Shown here piece by piece: positions 42,292 to 55,015 of a stretch of DNA of 64,000 bases. The notes beneath the pieces are model-generated. The model ran no database searches. It saw only the letters and a list, made by a program, of their open reading frames with translations, and was not told where the DNA came from. Position numbers and translations under genes: made by a program. The DNA lies in the UHGV virus genome UHGV-0185973, one strand, 5' to 3'. Each line of letters starts with the position of its first letter. Positions within the stretch are counted from its first letter, which is position 1. This stretch comes from a virus.

Positions 42292-43629
42292 ATGAGTTCG
42301 AATATCTTCAGACTTGCTGATAGATTATTCAACCAGCCTTTACTAGCCACAGAATCACTAGCTCACTCAGCAGCGACTTATGTTAATAACCGTCTGTTAG
42401 GTGAAGTTCAAGCAGCAGTAAACTTTGACAAACCTAAAGGTGAAGCAAGAAGTCTTTTAAAAGTAAAAGATGACATTGCTATTATCCCTATTATGGGTGG
42501 CCTTACACATCGTATGACCTTTATGGATGCTATGTGTACTGGTGGTCTAAGTTCTTATGAAGGTTTACGCAGAGGCTTCGACGAAGCTTTAGCAGATGAA
42601 TCTATCAATACTATCTTGCTGCATATTGATTCAGGTGGTGGTGAAGCGTCAGGTTGTTTTGAGTTGGCACGTCATATCATGGCCTCAAGAGGCAAAAAGA
42701 AAATTATTGCTTATGTAGATGAGTTCGCATGTTCCGCTGCATATGCTCTTGCATCTTCTGCTGACGAAGTTATTGCTTCTCCAGATGCTGATGTTGGTTC
42801 AATTGGTGTAATTATGGTTCACCAAGAATTAACTAAGGCATTTGAAAAGAATGGCGTAACAATTAACGTTATTAAAGCTGGAGAATTTAAAGGTATGGGT
42901 TCCCCATTCCAAACTCTCTCAGAAGAAAGTAAAGCAAGACTTCAGAAACGTATTGACGACACCTACTCAACCTTTACAGGTTTTGTTGCAGAATCTCGTA
43001 ATATCTCTGAAGAAGCTGTAAAGAATACTGAGGCGAATGTTTATTCTGCTCAGGAAGCTCTTGAACTTGGTTTAATTAATTCAATCATGTCTCAAGATGA
43101 TTTCTTAAATTACTTACAAGGTTCTGAAGAAGCTCCTGTAAGTTTAAACGTTAACAATTCAGGTGAAGAAATGACTGAACAAGAAAAGCAAGAACTAGAA
43201 GCTTTGCGTCTTCAGGTTGCTCAAATGAAAGCTAAAGAACAAGAAGCTGCTCTGTCAGATTTAACTGGCAAGATTTCTGCTTCTGCCGAAGCTTTTGGGT
43301 TTGATGCAAAAGAAGCTGCAACAGCTATTTTAGGTGCTGGTCTTGATAACCCTCTGAGTGTTCTGTTTATGAATGCTATGGAAGGTGCTAACCAGAAACT
43401 TAATGAAACTATCGCGTCCCATGCTTCTGCCATGTCTGAGAAGGACACAGAAATCACTAAGCTGAAAGAAACTGCTGGTGCTGTTCTGGAACACTCAAAC
43501 GCAATGGAAGAACTTGGCAATGACGGTGAAGCAGAACTTGAAGTTGAAAAACCAGCTTCCGAAGCAAATGCTGAACCTGACCAACGCAAACTGGCTCTCC
43601 AGAATGCTTTGAAATCTCTTATCAAATAA
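42292..43629 (+). CDS. prohead protease (S49/ClpP-like) with C-terminal scaffold-like region
   Basis: HIDSGGGEASGCFE and IAYVDEFACSAAYALASSADEVIASPDADVGSIGVIM resemble S49 serine peptidase motifs; C-terminal coiled-coil-like segment. Confidence 0.6.
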   Translation: MSSNIFRLADRLFNQPLLATESLAHSAATYVNNRLLGEVQAAVNFDKPKGEARSLLKVKDDIAIIPIMGGLTHRMTFMDAMCTGGLSSYEGLRRGFDEALADESINTILLHIDSGGGEASGCFELARHIMASRGKKKIIAYVDEFACSAAYALASSADEVIASPDADVGSIGVIMVHQELTKAFEKNGVTINVIKAGEFKGMGSPFQTLSEESKARLQKRIDDTYSTFTGFVAESRNISEEAVKNTEANVYSAQEALELGLINSIMSQDDFLNYLQGSEEAPVSLNVNNSGEEMTEQEKQELEALRLQVAQMKAKEQEAALSDLTGKISASAEAFGFDAKEAATAILGAGLDNPLSVLFMNAMEGANQKLNETIASHASAMSEKDTEITKLKETAGAVLEHSNAMEELGNDGEAELEVEKPASEANAEPDQRKLALQNALKSLIK

Positions 43630-43641
43630 GGAACACAAATA

Positions 43642-44019
43642 ATGGCATATCAAGGTTTTACACACTTGGGTAACAGAGAACCTCTGAATGATATCATCCT
43701 ATGGGAACAGATTACTCCAACTGGTCACTCTCGTAAAGAGTATGCTCCTGTAGCGAGCACAGAATACCGTGTAGGTGAAGTTCTGAAAGCTGACGGCTCT
43801 AAAGTAGCTGCTGGTCAAGAAGCTCAGGCTGATTCTATCTGTATCGTAAACTTCTACGCAGACCTACAACTGTCTTATCATGGTCAGTTGAAAGTTGTTG
43901 GTATCTACCGTGACGCCGAACTGAAGGACATGCTGACACTTGAAGATGGTGTTGACGCTGCTGCTGTTAAAGCTGCCCTGAAAGCGAAAGGCATTGATTT
44001 TGTACCAACTGGCCTGTAA
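43642..44019 (+). CDS. head decoration protein (putative)
   Basis: 125-aa ORF between protease/scaffold and capsid genes, the usual place and size of a decoration protein. Confidence 0.4.
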   Translation: MAYQGFTHLGNREPLNDIILWEQITPTGHSRKEYAPVASTEYRVGEVLKADGSKVAAGQEAQADSICIVNFYADLQLSYHGQLKVVGIYRDAELKDMLTLEDGVDAAAVKAALKAKGIDFVPTGL

Positions 44020-44050
44020 TTAATTATAAGACATTCTGGAGAATTTTATA

Positions 44051-45160
44051 ATGGCATTAACTAATTCTGAAAAAAGCAGATTTTTCCTTGCTGACCTGAC
44101 TGGCGAAGTTCAGTCTATCCCAAATACTTACGGTTATATTTCCGGTTTGGGTCTTTTCCGTTCTGCTCCACAGACTCAGACAACTTTCCTGATGGACTTG
44201 ACTGATTGGGACATTAGCTTGCTTGACGCTGTAGACCGTACCAGCCGTAAGGCTGAAACAAGCTCTCCAGAGAGAGTTAAGCAGATTAGCTTCCCAATGA
44301 TGTATTTCAAGGAAGTTGAAAGCATTACTCCTGATGAGATTCAGGGTGTACGTCAGCCAGGCACTGCAAACGAACTGACTACTGAAGCTATCGTTCGTGC
44401 TAAGAAGCTGATGAAGATTCGTACCAAGTTCGATATTACTCGTGAGTTCTTGTTCATGCAAGCTCTGAAGGGTAAAGTAATCGACGCTAACGGTGTTCTG
44501 TACGCTGACCTGTACAAGCAGTTCGATGTTACTAAGAAGACTATCTACTTCGACCTTGACAACCCTAACTCTGATATCGATGCGCACATTGAAGACCTGC
44601 GTATGCACATGGAAGACGAAGCTAAGACAGGTACTGTAATCAACGGTGAAGAAATTCATATCGTTGTTGACAGAACTTTCTTCAGTAAGCTTATCAAGCA
44701 TCCGAAGATTCGTGATGCGTATCTGGCTCAACAGACTCCTCTGGCATGGCAACAGATTACTGGCTCTCTGAGAACTGGTGGTGCTGATGGTGTTCAGGCT
44801 CATATGAACACGTTCTACTATGGTGGTGTTAAGTTTGTCCAGTACAACGGTAAGTTCAAAGATAAGCGTAACAAGACCCACACTCTGGTGAGCATTGATG
44901 GTGTTGCTCAGGATGGAACTGTAGGTGTAGGTCACGCATTCCCTAACGTAGCAATGTTGGGTGAAGCTAACAACATCTTTGAAGTGGCTTACGCTCCATG
45001 TCCTAAGATGGGTTATGCAAATACTCTTGGTCAGGAACTGTACGTATTTGAATACGAAAAAGACCGTGACGAAGGTATTGATTTCGAAGCTCACTCTTAC
45101 ATGCTGCCATACTGCACACGCCCTCAGTTACTGGTAGACGTTCGTTCTGACGCTGCTTAA
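44051..45160 (+). CDS. major capsid protein (putative)
   Basis: 369-aa ORF following protease and decoration genes. Confidence 0.55.
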   Translation: MALTNSEKSRFFLADLTGEVQSIPNTYGYISGLGLFRSAPQTQTTFLMDLTDWDISLLDAVDRTSRKAETSSPERVKQISFPMMYFKEVESITPDEIQGVRQPGTANELTTEAIVRAKKLMKIRTKFDITREFLFMQALKGKVIDANGVLYADLYKQFDVTKKTIYFDLDNPNSDIDAHIEDLRMHMEDEAKTGTVINGEEIHIVVDRTFFSKLIKHPKIRDAYLAQQTPLAWQQITGSLRTGGADGVQAHMNTFYYGGVKFVQYNGKFKDKRNKTHTLVSIDGVAQDGTVGVGHAFPNVAMLGEANNIFEVAYAPCPKMGYANTLGQELYVFEYEKDRDEGIDFEAHSYMLPYCTRPQLLVDVRSDAA

Positions 45161-45180
45161 GACTTGAAAGGAGGGTTATA

Positions 45181-45630
45181 ATGTGTTATACAGGCGACCC
45201 CGCCAATAACCCTCTTGATAGAGTTAGAATTCTCTGCACCGACACTAATAATGATGAAATTCTTATTGAGCAATCGGTGCTAGAGTGGTTCTACCAAGAA
45301 TCTGGAAAGGATGAAAAGAAAGCAGCCATCAAAGCTCTTAAATATTTACTCTTTCAAGTAGCCAAGATGGGAGATGAGAAAGTTGGTGGTGTTTATTTAC
45401 GTAACTCTTCCAGATTCAAATCTCTGAAAGCTGTTTATGACGACCTTATTAAAAGCTCTGTTTCAGGACTACCCTATGTAGGTGGTATTAATCAGTGTGA
45501 TATTAATATGCGTAGTCAAAATCCTTGCTCTGTCAAGAAATATACTGAATATGGCGATGCTGCAAGATACGAGGGTAGAGATTACTGCAATCGTGTTAAT
45601 GGCGTATTTGTAATTGAGCGAGATGAATAA
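45181..45630 (+). CDS. head-tail connector/neck protein (putative)
   Basis: Position between capsid and sheath genes. Confidence 0.4.
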   Translation: MCYTGDPANNPLDRVRILCTDTNNDEILIEQSVLEWFYQESGKDEKKAAIKALKYLLFQVAKMGDEKVGGVYLRNSSRFKSLKAVYDDLIKSSVSGLPYVGGINQCDINMRSQNPCSVKKYTEYGDAARYEGRDYCNRVNGVFVIERDE

Positions 45631-46112
45631 TGGTAAAAAGGGTTATTCACCCCGCTAGAGCTAAATTAGTCGGGGCTATGAAGAACTTGCAAACGGCTAA
45701 TGCTCAAGTTGGGTATTTTCAAGAACAAGGTCAACATAGCTCTGGTTTTTCTTATCCTGCTTTAATGTACTTACACGAAGTTATAGGGGTTCCCTCAGCT
45801 TCTGGTAAGGTTTATCGTAGGCTGTTTGAAATCACTATGATGCTACACAAACAGACCTTGTTAGAGCAGACTAAGAAGAATCTCTATAAGCAACTAAACA
45901 GTCTTACTGTAGACCCTTCAAATACCTTGGAAGCATTCGCAAAGAGTGCTCAAGGGGCAATTAAAAGAGGTTTTGGTAATACTGCTATCCTTCCTCCTAA
46001 CGCACCTTCCACAGTAGCTAAAAAAGGTTTTAACGCTCCACTTGTGGAAACAGGTGACTTAAGAGAAAACCTTGCTTATAAAATTTCTACTAAAAAGGGC
46101 ATTAAGAAATGA
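45630..46112 (+). CDS. head-tail connector/neck protein (putative)
   Basis: Position; ATGA overlap with neighbours. Confidence 0.4.
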   Translation: MVKRVIHPARAKLVGAMKNLQTANAQVGYFQEQGQHSSGFSYPALMYLHEVIGVPSASGKVYRRLFEITMMLHKQTLLEQTKKNLYKQLNSLTVDPSNTLEAFAKSAQGAIKRGFGNTAILPPNAPSTVAKKGFNAPLVETGDLRENLAYKISTKKGIKK

Positions 46113-46510
46113 GACTCTTAAACAGACACAGCTTTGTAGTTAAACGCAAAGTATCTGAAGACGGCTATTACAATAACGATGGTGATTGGATTGCTTCTCA
46201 AGATATTGTTGAGGTAAACTGCAAAGGTAATATTCAACCTTATATTAAGGGTTCTGTAAAGAATGGTACACAGATTGTTTTACCTGAAGGTATCAGACTG
46301 ACAGATACAAGAATCCTTTTCACTGTAGCTGAGTTAAGAACGTCAGATGACGTTGATTGGACTGAGGCTGATATTGTTATGATTAAAGGACACGAATACG
46401 AAGTCTTTATGACAATGGATTGGTCAGAACAGTTAGCTCACACATCCCATTATGAATATATCATCATTAGAAGGGATAAGATGAATGCAGTTAGAAACAG
46501 CAGAACTTGA
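46109..46510 (+). CDS. head-tail connector/neck protein (putative)
   Basis: Position; overlapping starts. Confidence 0.4.
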   Translation: MRLLNRHSFVVKRKVSEDGYYNNDGDWIASQDIVEVNCKGNIQPYIKGSVKNGTQIVLPEGIRLTDTRILFTVAELRTSDDVDWTEADIVMIKGHEYEVFMTMDWSEQLAHTSHYEYIIIRRDKMNAVRNSRT

Positions 46511-47084
46511 GAAAGGGATTGTCAGAACTTTGGTTGATGTTATTGGTCACCGTCTAGCACGAGATAAGAATAACAGACCAAACGTTATCAGGGCATACCC
46601 ATCTGACAACTCAAATGATAAAGGTCTAAAACCTGACCAGCCATTTATTACAGTTTACTGTCAAGATGCTACAACGCCTTATGGGTGGGTACTTGATAAA
46701 TTCGTGGAAGATGATGTAGTTTGTTATAGAATTGCTTTTCAGATTCCAGTGTTAATTACTGTGAATGGTAAAGGTGCTCATAGTATTATGCTAGAGCTAA
46801 AACAGAGATTAGAGATGAGTTCCACAAGGGATTTATTAGCTGAGGAAACAGGAGCATCTGTTCTTGATACCGGAGCTATCCCAAATGATTACACTTATCT
46901 TAATACAGACTTTGAAAATTCTGCACCTCTTGTTGTAACACTCGTAAAAAATTCAGTATTAAAAGATGAACGTGGAAGTATTATTGAACGTGTCATTGTT
47001 GATGGTGAGTTAGTTTATGAGGAAGGACAGGAGCCACCAGAATATACTATCCATCTAGATGTAGACTCCAAAGGGGTAAAATAA
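46485..47084 (+). CDS. tail completion/neck protein (putative)
   Basis: Position immediately upstream of sheath gene. Confidence 0.4.
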   Translation: MQLETAELEKGIVRTLVDVIGHRLARDKNNRPNVIRAYPSDNSNDKGLKPDQPFITVYCQDATTPYGWVLDKFVEDDVVCYRIAFQIPVLITVNGKGAHSIMLELKQRLEMSSTRDLLAEETGASVLDTGAIPNDYTYLNTDFENSAPLVVTLVKNSVLKDERGSIIERVIVDGELVYEEGQEPPEYTIHLDVDSKGVK

Positions 47085-48437
47085 ATGTGGAATCCAATTG
47101 TTAATGTAGATATTACATTGAACACAGCAGGGACTACGAGAGAAGGTTTTGGACTGCCATTATTCTTAGCTTCAACAGATAACTTTGAAGAAAGAATTCG
47201 TGGTTATACTTCACTAACTGAAGTTGCCGAAGACTTTGATGAAAGTTCTGCTGCATACAAAGCTGCAAAACAGCTATGGAGTCAGACTCCAAAAGTAACT
47301 CAACTTTATATTGGTAGACGTTCTATGCAGTATACCGTTGCTGTTCCTGATGCCGTTGCTGAGAGCACAGAATACTCTCTTACAGTTGCTGTAGGTGGTG
47401 GTGTATCTCAGCCATTCCAGTACACAGCTAAGGCCGATGATACAGCCCTGATTGTTCTGAATGAATTTAAAACTCAGATTGAAGCAAGCCCTGCTGTTAA
47501 AGATGATGTTCAGGTTAATGTAACAGGTGCTGGTGACTCAGCTACAATGATTATCTCCAAAGCAGGTGATAATGATTTCGTAAAAGTTACCACAACTGGT
47601 AAGACTCTTTCAATCTCTTCTACGACTGCTGACAGTGCATCAACTGCTCTCTCTGCAATTGAAACGTACTCAACAGATTGGTACTTCATTGCAACAGAAG
47701 ACAGAACTTCACAGTTTGTCTTGGCAATGGCATCTGAAATTCAGGCTCGTAAGAAGATTTTCTTCACAGCTAACTCTGATGTGAAAGCTCTACAGGGAAC
47801 CGACCTAGCTTCTGCTACAGACGTACCAGCACAGCTTGCTAAATCCAAGTACACTCGTACAGTTTGCTTGTGGCATCACACTGCAAGATACGACTACCCA
47901 GAAATGGCTTACATTGCTTACGGTGCTCCATATGACGCAGGTTCCATTGCTTGGGGTAACGCTCAGTTGACGGGTGTTGAAACATCTTATCAGCCAGCTA
48001 ACAAGAGACCTCTGACAAGCATTCAGAAATCTGCACTAGATGCACGTAGCTGTAACTTCATTGACCTTGATGGTGGTGTTCCGGTTGTGCGTAGAGGTAT
48101 CACTTCAGGTGGGGAATGGATTGATATCGTTCGTGGTGTCGATTGGCTGACTTCTGACTTGAAAACTTCTCTGAGAGACTTGCTAATTAATCAGAAGGGT
48201 GGTAAGATTACTTATGATGATACTGGTATTACTCGTATTCGTCAAGTCATTGAAACATCTCTTCAGAGAGCGGTTAACAGAAACTTTTTATCATCTTACA
48301 CCGTTAATGTACCTAAAGCTTCTCAGGTTTCTTTAGCAGACAAGAAAGCACGTATCCTGAAAGATATTACCTTCCACGGTATTATCGCAGGTGCTATCTT
48401 GGATGTTGACCTGAAAGGTACAGTGGCTTACGAATAA
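47085..48437 (+). CDS. tail sheath protein (putative)
   Basis: 450-aa ORF followed by a tube-sized gene, chaperone-sized genes and a tape measure gene. Confidence 0.5.
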   Translation: MWNPIVNVDITLNTAGTTREGFGLPLFLASTDNFEERIRGYTSLTEVAEDFDESSAAYKAAKQLWSQTPKVTQLYIGRRSMQYTVAVPDAVAESTEYSLTVAVGGGVSQPFQYTAKADDTALIVLNEFKTQIEASPAVKDDVQVNVTGAGDSATMIISKAGDNDFVKVTTTGKTLSISSTTADSASTALSAIETYSTDWYFIATEDRTSQFVLAMASEIQARKKIFFTANSDVKALQGTDLASATDVPAQLAKSKYTRTVCLWHHTARYDYPEMAYIAYGAPYDAGSIAWGNAQLTGVETSYQPANKRPLTSIQKSALDARSCNFIDLDGGVPVVRRGITSGGEWIDIVRGVDWLTSDLKTSLRDLLINQKGGKITYDDTGITRIRQVIETSLQRAVNRNFLSSYTVNVPKASQVSLADKKARILKDITFHGIIAGAILDVDLKGTVAYE

Positions 48438-48452
48438 TAGGAGTACTTTGGA

Positions 48453-48899
48453 ATGGCTATGTATCAGCAATATTCCCCTAAAGACGTAGTTTGTAGCTGG
48501 AATGGTATTGCCATCGAAGGCTTTGCTCCAGACTCTTTCCTACGCCTACAGAGAACATCACCACTTGTTACACCAGTTGTTGGTGCAGGTGGTCAGGTAG
48601 CTCTGACAAGAAACGCAGATAAGACAGGCACTATTGAGATTGAGCTAATGCAGACCTCTCTATCTAACCAGATTCTTTCTGCGATTCAAGCTAAACAGGA
48701 CGATATGGAACTTGAAGAAGATATCTCTTCTAACTTCGTAATCTATGACCCTTCGGGGTCTGTAATGGCAACTGGTATTAATGCTTGGTTGCAAGAACTT
48801 CCACAGGTTGAGTTAGGTCGTGACCAGAACTCTAAGACGTGGATTTTCGGATGCGAACGTTTAGACTATACTTCTACAGTACCAGCGTCAAGCGTTTAA
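48453..48899 (+). CDS. tail tube protein (putative)
   Basis: 148-aa ORF after the sheath gene. Confidence 0.45.
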   Translation: MAMYQQYSPKDVVCSWNGIAIEGFAPDSFLRLQRTSPLVTPVVGAGGQVALTRNADKTGTIEIELMQTSLSNQILSAIQAKQDDMELEEDISSNFVIYDPSGSVMATGINAWLQELPQVELGRDQNSKTWIFGCERLDYTSTVPASSV

Positions 48900-48977
48900 T
48901 AAATCCTAATAAGGGGGAGACTGTAAAAGGTCTTCCCCTTTTGTGTTTTTGTACACCAATAATTTTAAGGAATCACA

Positions 48978-49385
48978 ATGAAGACTCAAACCAAACACAT
49001 TAATGGAAAGAAAGTAACTATTATTCTTTTAGGTGCAAGAGAAGGTATTAAAATGTCTATGAAGCTCGGTAAAGTAGTTGTACCGACATTTGCACAGATG
49101 CTTTCTAGTTTAACTGGAAATAAAGAAGCTGAAGAAGCTCCGAAGGTTCCATTTAAAGAACTTGTAGAAGCTTGCTTTGACAGAATTGATGAGTTGGATA
49201 TTGACTCAATGGCAGAATTACTATTTCAGGGGGCAACAGTTGATGACTTCCCACTGAAAGTTGACTCTTACTTCCAAGGAAACTACGGAGAATTTATTGA
49301 CTTCTTAGCATTTGCTCTGGAGGCTAATTTCGGAAGTTTTTTCGAGGCAAGCATTTTCAAAAGCCTAACTTCTCAGGAAGCTTAA
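48978..49385 (+). CDS. tail assembly chaperone (putative)
   Basis: Acidic 135-aa ORF directly upstream of tape measure. Confidence 0.4.
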   Translation: MKTQTKHINGKKVTIILLGAREGIKMSMKLGKVVVPTFAQMLSSLTGNKEAEEAPKVPFKELVEACFDRIDELDIDSMAELLFQGATVDDFPLKVDSYFQGNYGEFIDFLAFALEANFGSFFEASIFKSLTSQEA

Positions 49386-49393
49386 GATATGCT

Positions 49394-49621
49394 ATGCAGA
49401 CCCCACTGACTGATGGGGCTGTAGAAGCAACTTATGAAGAAGCAGATGAGATGAAATTTGTGCTTGCTATTTACGGTATGGAAGGGTGCAAAGAAACACT
49501 TGACCAACTTTTCTCTATGTCCTTCACTGACCTACTATCATTACGTCAGTATCTGGAAATCCAGAGGTCATACAAAGAGGAAATTGCTTACAACGAACTT
49601 AGAAAGGCAGGTAAAATTTAA
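49394..49621 (+). CDS. tail assembly protein (putative)
   Basis: 75-aa ORF before tape measure; overlapping alternate-frame ORF 49458-49640 could indicate a frameshift product. Confidence 0.35.
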   Translation: MQTPLTDGAVEATYEEADEMKFVLAIYGMEGCKETLDQLFSMSFTDLLSLRQYLEIQRSYKEEIAYNELRKAGKI

Positions 49622-51828
49622 TGGCACAATATACAGTTGATAGTTTTATTGTTGAGTTGGGCTTTAGTGAAAAGGTTGTGAAGGGTTTACAAAGAGTTGA
49701 AAAGATGGCTATGCAATCTGCACAACGAATTGAAAGAAACCTGAATAAAGCCTTTGCTGTGAAGCCAAATAAAAACTCTCAAGAAGCTTTAAACAGACTT
49801 GTTAAAAACGCTCAGACTGCTTCGGGCAGAATCAATAAAGCCCTGAACAACTCCCTTAACTTAGACTCCCAAGGTGCAAAGTCTCTGAAGAAATTAGAGA
49901 CACAAGGTAAGAAGACTGCCAAAGAAATTAATAAGGCTCTAAGACAGGCTATGAATGTTGATGGTAAAGTCAAGATTCGTGGTGTTGGTAGAGGCCGTGG
50001 TAATTCTAATCCTCCAATTGGTGGAGGTTCACCAAGAGTTAGACCTGATATTGCTCAGAGACAAATGGAAAGAATGTTTAATAACAATTTCTACTCTGGC
50101 CTTACTCGTCGTCTTGAAACTATTGGTGGACAGGGTAACCAAATGGCTGCTTCTTTCAGAGGCAACTTGCAAGGAATCTATAACAAGTATAAAGGGAGTG
50201 GTAAGGTTGGTGAATATGAGATGGAAGTTAAAAAACTCATTGACACAACCAAAAGATGGGTAATTGCAGAAAATGCTAGACTTAAGGCAGTCAAAGAATC
50301 AGCATGGCTACAGGATAGAGCAAACTCTTCACTAAGACAACTAGTAGGTGGTTTTGTTTCTGCATACGCTATGTTAGAATTGGCTCAGAAGACTATTGAT
50401 GCAGGTGTTAAAAGACAATCTGCACAGTTAGCTTCTACGGCAATCTTTGGAGCAGATACACAGCAAGCTAGAATGTTCGCTGCATCGTTCGCTCACCAGA
50501 TTGGACAGAACTACACAGACACTATGAAGCAGTATTCAAACTTTGCTGCTGGTGCTCAACCAACACTTGGTTTCCAAGGTACTCAAGAGTTCTATAAGAA
50601 TGCTGCTATGTTTGCCCGTATTAGAGGGGCATCTGACGAAGACCTGAAAGGTATCATGGTTGCTTTCCAACAGATGGCTTCTAAGGGTAAGATTCAGGCT
50701 GAAGAACTTCGTGGACAGTTAGGTGACCGTTTAGCTGGTGCTGTACAACTGTTTGCTGACGCGATTGGTAAGACCCCACAGGAACTGGATAAACTGATGA
50801 AGGATGGTAAACTTCTTGCTAAAGACGTTCTTCCTCAAGTTTCTGAGAAGATGAGAGAGTTAGTAGAAGCAGCAGGTGGTATGAATGCCGTGTCTAAGCA
50901 GACAGCTACTTCTATGGGTCAAGCAAAAGCTATGTGGGACAATACCCTCGTAGCACTGTTTAACAACTCTAGTGAAGGTATTTCACAGTTGTCTAACTCA
51001 ATTTCAATGTTCTTACAAGGTTCCCTTGGTACTGCTGAAGCTTTAGGTACTGGTATTGGATACCTGTTAAAAGGTGCTGGAAACTTACTTGATTTCATTA
51101 CAGACATTATGTATAGAATCTCTGGGCTGTACTACCTATCTATGGGTTATTACAACGAATTAGATGCTAGTCAACAGAAACTTGTAAAAGAAGCTTCTGA
51201 GTTCCTTGCAACAGTTATTGCTATTGGTGCTGCTGTAGCAACGGTCGCTAAAGTGGCGAAGCTTATCACTGGATTCTTTGATACAGCAATTGTACGAAAG
51301 ATTCTTCAGAGATTTGGCATTGAGGTGGCTGAGAAAGTTGCACCAAGAGCAGCTCCATTTTTAATGCCACCTCAAGTAAAGGTGGCCTTGGCAACAATTG
51401 CACTATCTAGGTCTTCTGACCCTAATGCTGGAAAGAGATACAATGAGGTCACTCTTCCAAAACCTTTTGAAGATGCTGTATCAAGTGTTACCAACGCTAA
51501 ACGCCCAATGTTCTTTGACCAGAATGGACAGTTGCAGTTTGCACAATATACGACTGACACTGATGGTAACATCCAAAGAGTTGATAATGGTATGTCAAAT
51601 TGGGATATCATTATGAACAACTTGTCAGAGTCTTTAAACAACTTTGCAAACAAGTTCAATCAGACCCCTATGATGATGACACCTTCTGGATTACCTATGC
51701 AAACTAAGCAGACTCTTAATGTCACGTTTAACCTTGATGGTAACCAGATTGCTACTAAGATGGTCGATATTACTAACAAGAACCAAGAAGATATTTTGTT
51801 AAACTCAGCTTACCCAGAGGATAATTAA
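49621..51828 (+). CDS. tail tape measure protein
   Basis: 735-aa ORF rich in predicted helices and Ala/Gln/Lys, with hydrophobic central segments, in the expected position. Confidence 0.6.
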   Translation: MAQYTVDSFIVELGFSEKVVKGLQRVEKMAMQSAQRIERNLNKAFAVKPNKNSQEALNRLVKNAQTASGRINKALNNSLNLDSQGAKSLKKLETQGKKTAKEINKALRQAMNVDGKVKIRGVGRGRGNSNPPIGGGSPRVRPDIAQRQMERMFNNNFYSGLTRRLETIGGQGNQMAASFRGNLQGIYNKYKGSGKVGEYEMEVKKLIDTTKRWVIAENARLKAVKESAWLQDRANSSLRQLVGGFVSAYAMLELAQKTIDAGVKRQSAQLASTAIFGADTQQARMFAASFAHQIGQNYTDTMKQYSNFAAGAQPTLGFQGTQEFYKNAAMFARIRGASDEDLKGIMVAFQQMASKGKIQAEELRGQLGDRLAGAVQLFADAIGKTPQELDKLMKDGKLLAKDVLPQVSEKMRELVEAAGGMNAVSKQTATSMGQAKAMWDNTLVALFNNSSEGISQLSNSISMFLQGSLGTAEALGTGIGYLLKGAGNLLDFITDIMYRISGLYYLSMGYYNELDASQQKLVKEASEFLATVIAIGAAVATVAKVAKLITGFFDTAIVRKILQRFGIEVAEKVAPRAAPFLMPPQVKVALATIALSRSSDPNAGKRYNEVTLPKPFEDAVSSVTNAKRPMFFDQNGQLQFAQYTTDTDGNIQRVDNGMSNWDIIMNNLSESLNNFANKFNQTPMMMTPSGLPMQTKQTLNVTFNLDGNQIATKMVDITNKNQEDILLNSAYPEDN

Positions 51829-52639
51829 TGTTATGGGATAACAACATGCAAATCAAGTACTCTGGAAAGGATGGTATTTATTTCCATCTTAGAGATAATG
51901 TAGACGCATTCTTGACATTATCTGCAACAGAGCAAATGGAGTATGATTCACCTATGTTGGTGACTACTCAAGCAATGCAAAGTGGTCAGACTATTACTGA
52001 CAACGTGCAACGTTCCCCTAAGACAATTTCTATTTCTGGTGTTGTGGTAGTTGGCTACGAAGGTAGCCTTCTACGTACTCGTCAAGGCCAATTAGTAGAA
52101 AACTTTATTTCAACTGTAGAGACTTGGAGAGACCAGAAGCAAATTATTTCAATCGTCTGTAAAGATGGTATTAAGATTGACGACGCTGTAATTACCCAAT
52201 TTAAAGCTTCTAAAGAACACACAATTTCTAATGGTCTTCGTATTCAGATGACCTTCCAAGAAATTAACTTTAAAGCCGTTGTAGGGACTACAGATGTTAG
52301 TGCAGCAACTGGTAAAACATCCACAACTAAAGATGACGGTGTAACTTCTAAAAAGAACACTGGTAATACTACAACATCTCTTGGAAGTGGTAAATTGAAT
52401 TGTCAATTGCTTTATGATATCCAAGCAAGTGGTGTGAGGATTCTTTCTAGTGCAGAGCAAAAAGCACTAGGTAACTGTGGTTTATCTGCAAACACTAATA
52501 AAGGTGTAACCACATTTAGTGACAAAGCTAATGCTGGAGCAGCTAATGCAATCAGACAAACCTCAGCCAACCAATCAGCAGGTAAAGGGAATGCTTTACA
52601 GACTCATTCAGTAAATCCTAACAAGAAAGGAAATTATTA

Positions 52640-52640
<1 letters not shown>
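51828..52640 (+). CDS. tail/baseplate protein (putative)
   Basis: Position after tape measure; Thr/Ser/Gly-rich C-terminus. Confidence 0.4.
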
Positions 52641-53957
<1,317 letters not shown>

Positions 53958-53958
<1 letters not shown>

Positions 53959-54599
53959 TGAAATCCCCTGTAACAAGAATGTCAGGGTACGTTACTGAGT
54001 GTTTGGATGAATTTAAAAAGGAACTCTACACTGGTTTACCAGCTATTATTGTTTCCTATGATGCTAAAACACAATCTGCAACGGTAAGGCCATTATATTC
54101 TATTGATGGTCTTCCAATGCCAGAGATTACAGGTGTTCCAGTTCAGTTCCCTAGTGGTGGTGGAGCATCTTTAACGTTCCCTGTAAAGACAAATGACAGA
54201 TGCTGGTTAGCATTCTCTATGCTTCCACTTGATGACTATGTAGTTAATGACAAGAACGTACAGATGGAAACAAATCTAAGAAGAACACATGATATGACTG
54301 ACTGTGTAGCTTTTGTAGGTATCTGTACAAGAACTCAGAACTTTAATCCTGACCCAACAGCAGTCAGATTACACTACGGAGATTCAGTATTAAGAATCAC
54401 TGATGATGGTAATTTTTGGTTCACTGGTGATGTTCATATTTCTAAGAATCTTTACGTTGAAGAAGATGTAATTGCCAAAGGTGAAGTTCATGGTTCAGAT
54501 TTTGTCAGTGATACTACAGGTGTTAGTTTCAATGAGCATAACCACCATTATTACTGGACTGACGGTGGCGGTGAAGCTGATACAACAGAGGCACAATAA
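53958..54599 (+). CDS. baseplate spike-like protein (putative)
   Basis: 213-aa ORF in the baseplate block; C-terminal His-rich tip HNHHYYW. Confidence 0.35.
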
Positions 54600-55015
54600 T
54601 GAAGACAGATTTTGCAATTAACCTTGGTGGAGACTACGTAGCTAAAATGGGTTCAGACTCTGTTTACGTAGCCCACGGAGACTTAAAAATTATTGGTAAC
54701 CAAATTAGAATTATCCCTGAAGATGATAAAGCTACACAGGTTGCACAAAGATTACATATTAGATGTTTACTAAGGGCTGGAGAAGTATTCTTTAATACGT
54801 CTGCTGGATTCCCTTATTTGCAACTTGCTAAGTTCAAACAGAGAACATCAATTTTTGACAACTATATGAAAGGCTATCTTGTTGAAACGAGAGATGTGAC
54901 AAACATCTACAATTATTCTTCAACAATCGATAGTGCCATGAGAAAAGTTTCAGTTAGCTTTAGTGCAACTACAACTGCTGATACTGTAGAAATTAATGAA
55001 GAGGTAAACATTTAA
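54599..55015 (+). CDS. baseplate wedge protein (gp25/W-like, putative)
   Basis: 138-aa ORF, size and position typical. Confidence 0.35.
   Translation: MKTDFAINLGGDYVAKMGSDSVYVAHGDLKIIGNQIRIIPEDDKATQVAQRLHIRCLLRAGEVFFNTSAGFPYLQLAKFKQRTSIFDNYMKGYLVETRDVTNIYNYSSTIDSAMRKVSVSFSATTTADTVEINEEVNI

Noticed and set aside
44057-45094. 345-aa ORF on the minus strand
   Set aside because: Lies entirely antisense to the putative major capsid gene inside a uniformly rightward structural operon, with low-complexity composition and no RBS; treated as a frame artefact.
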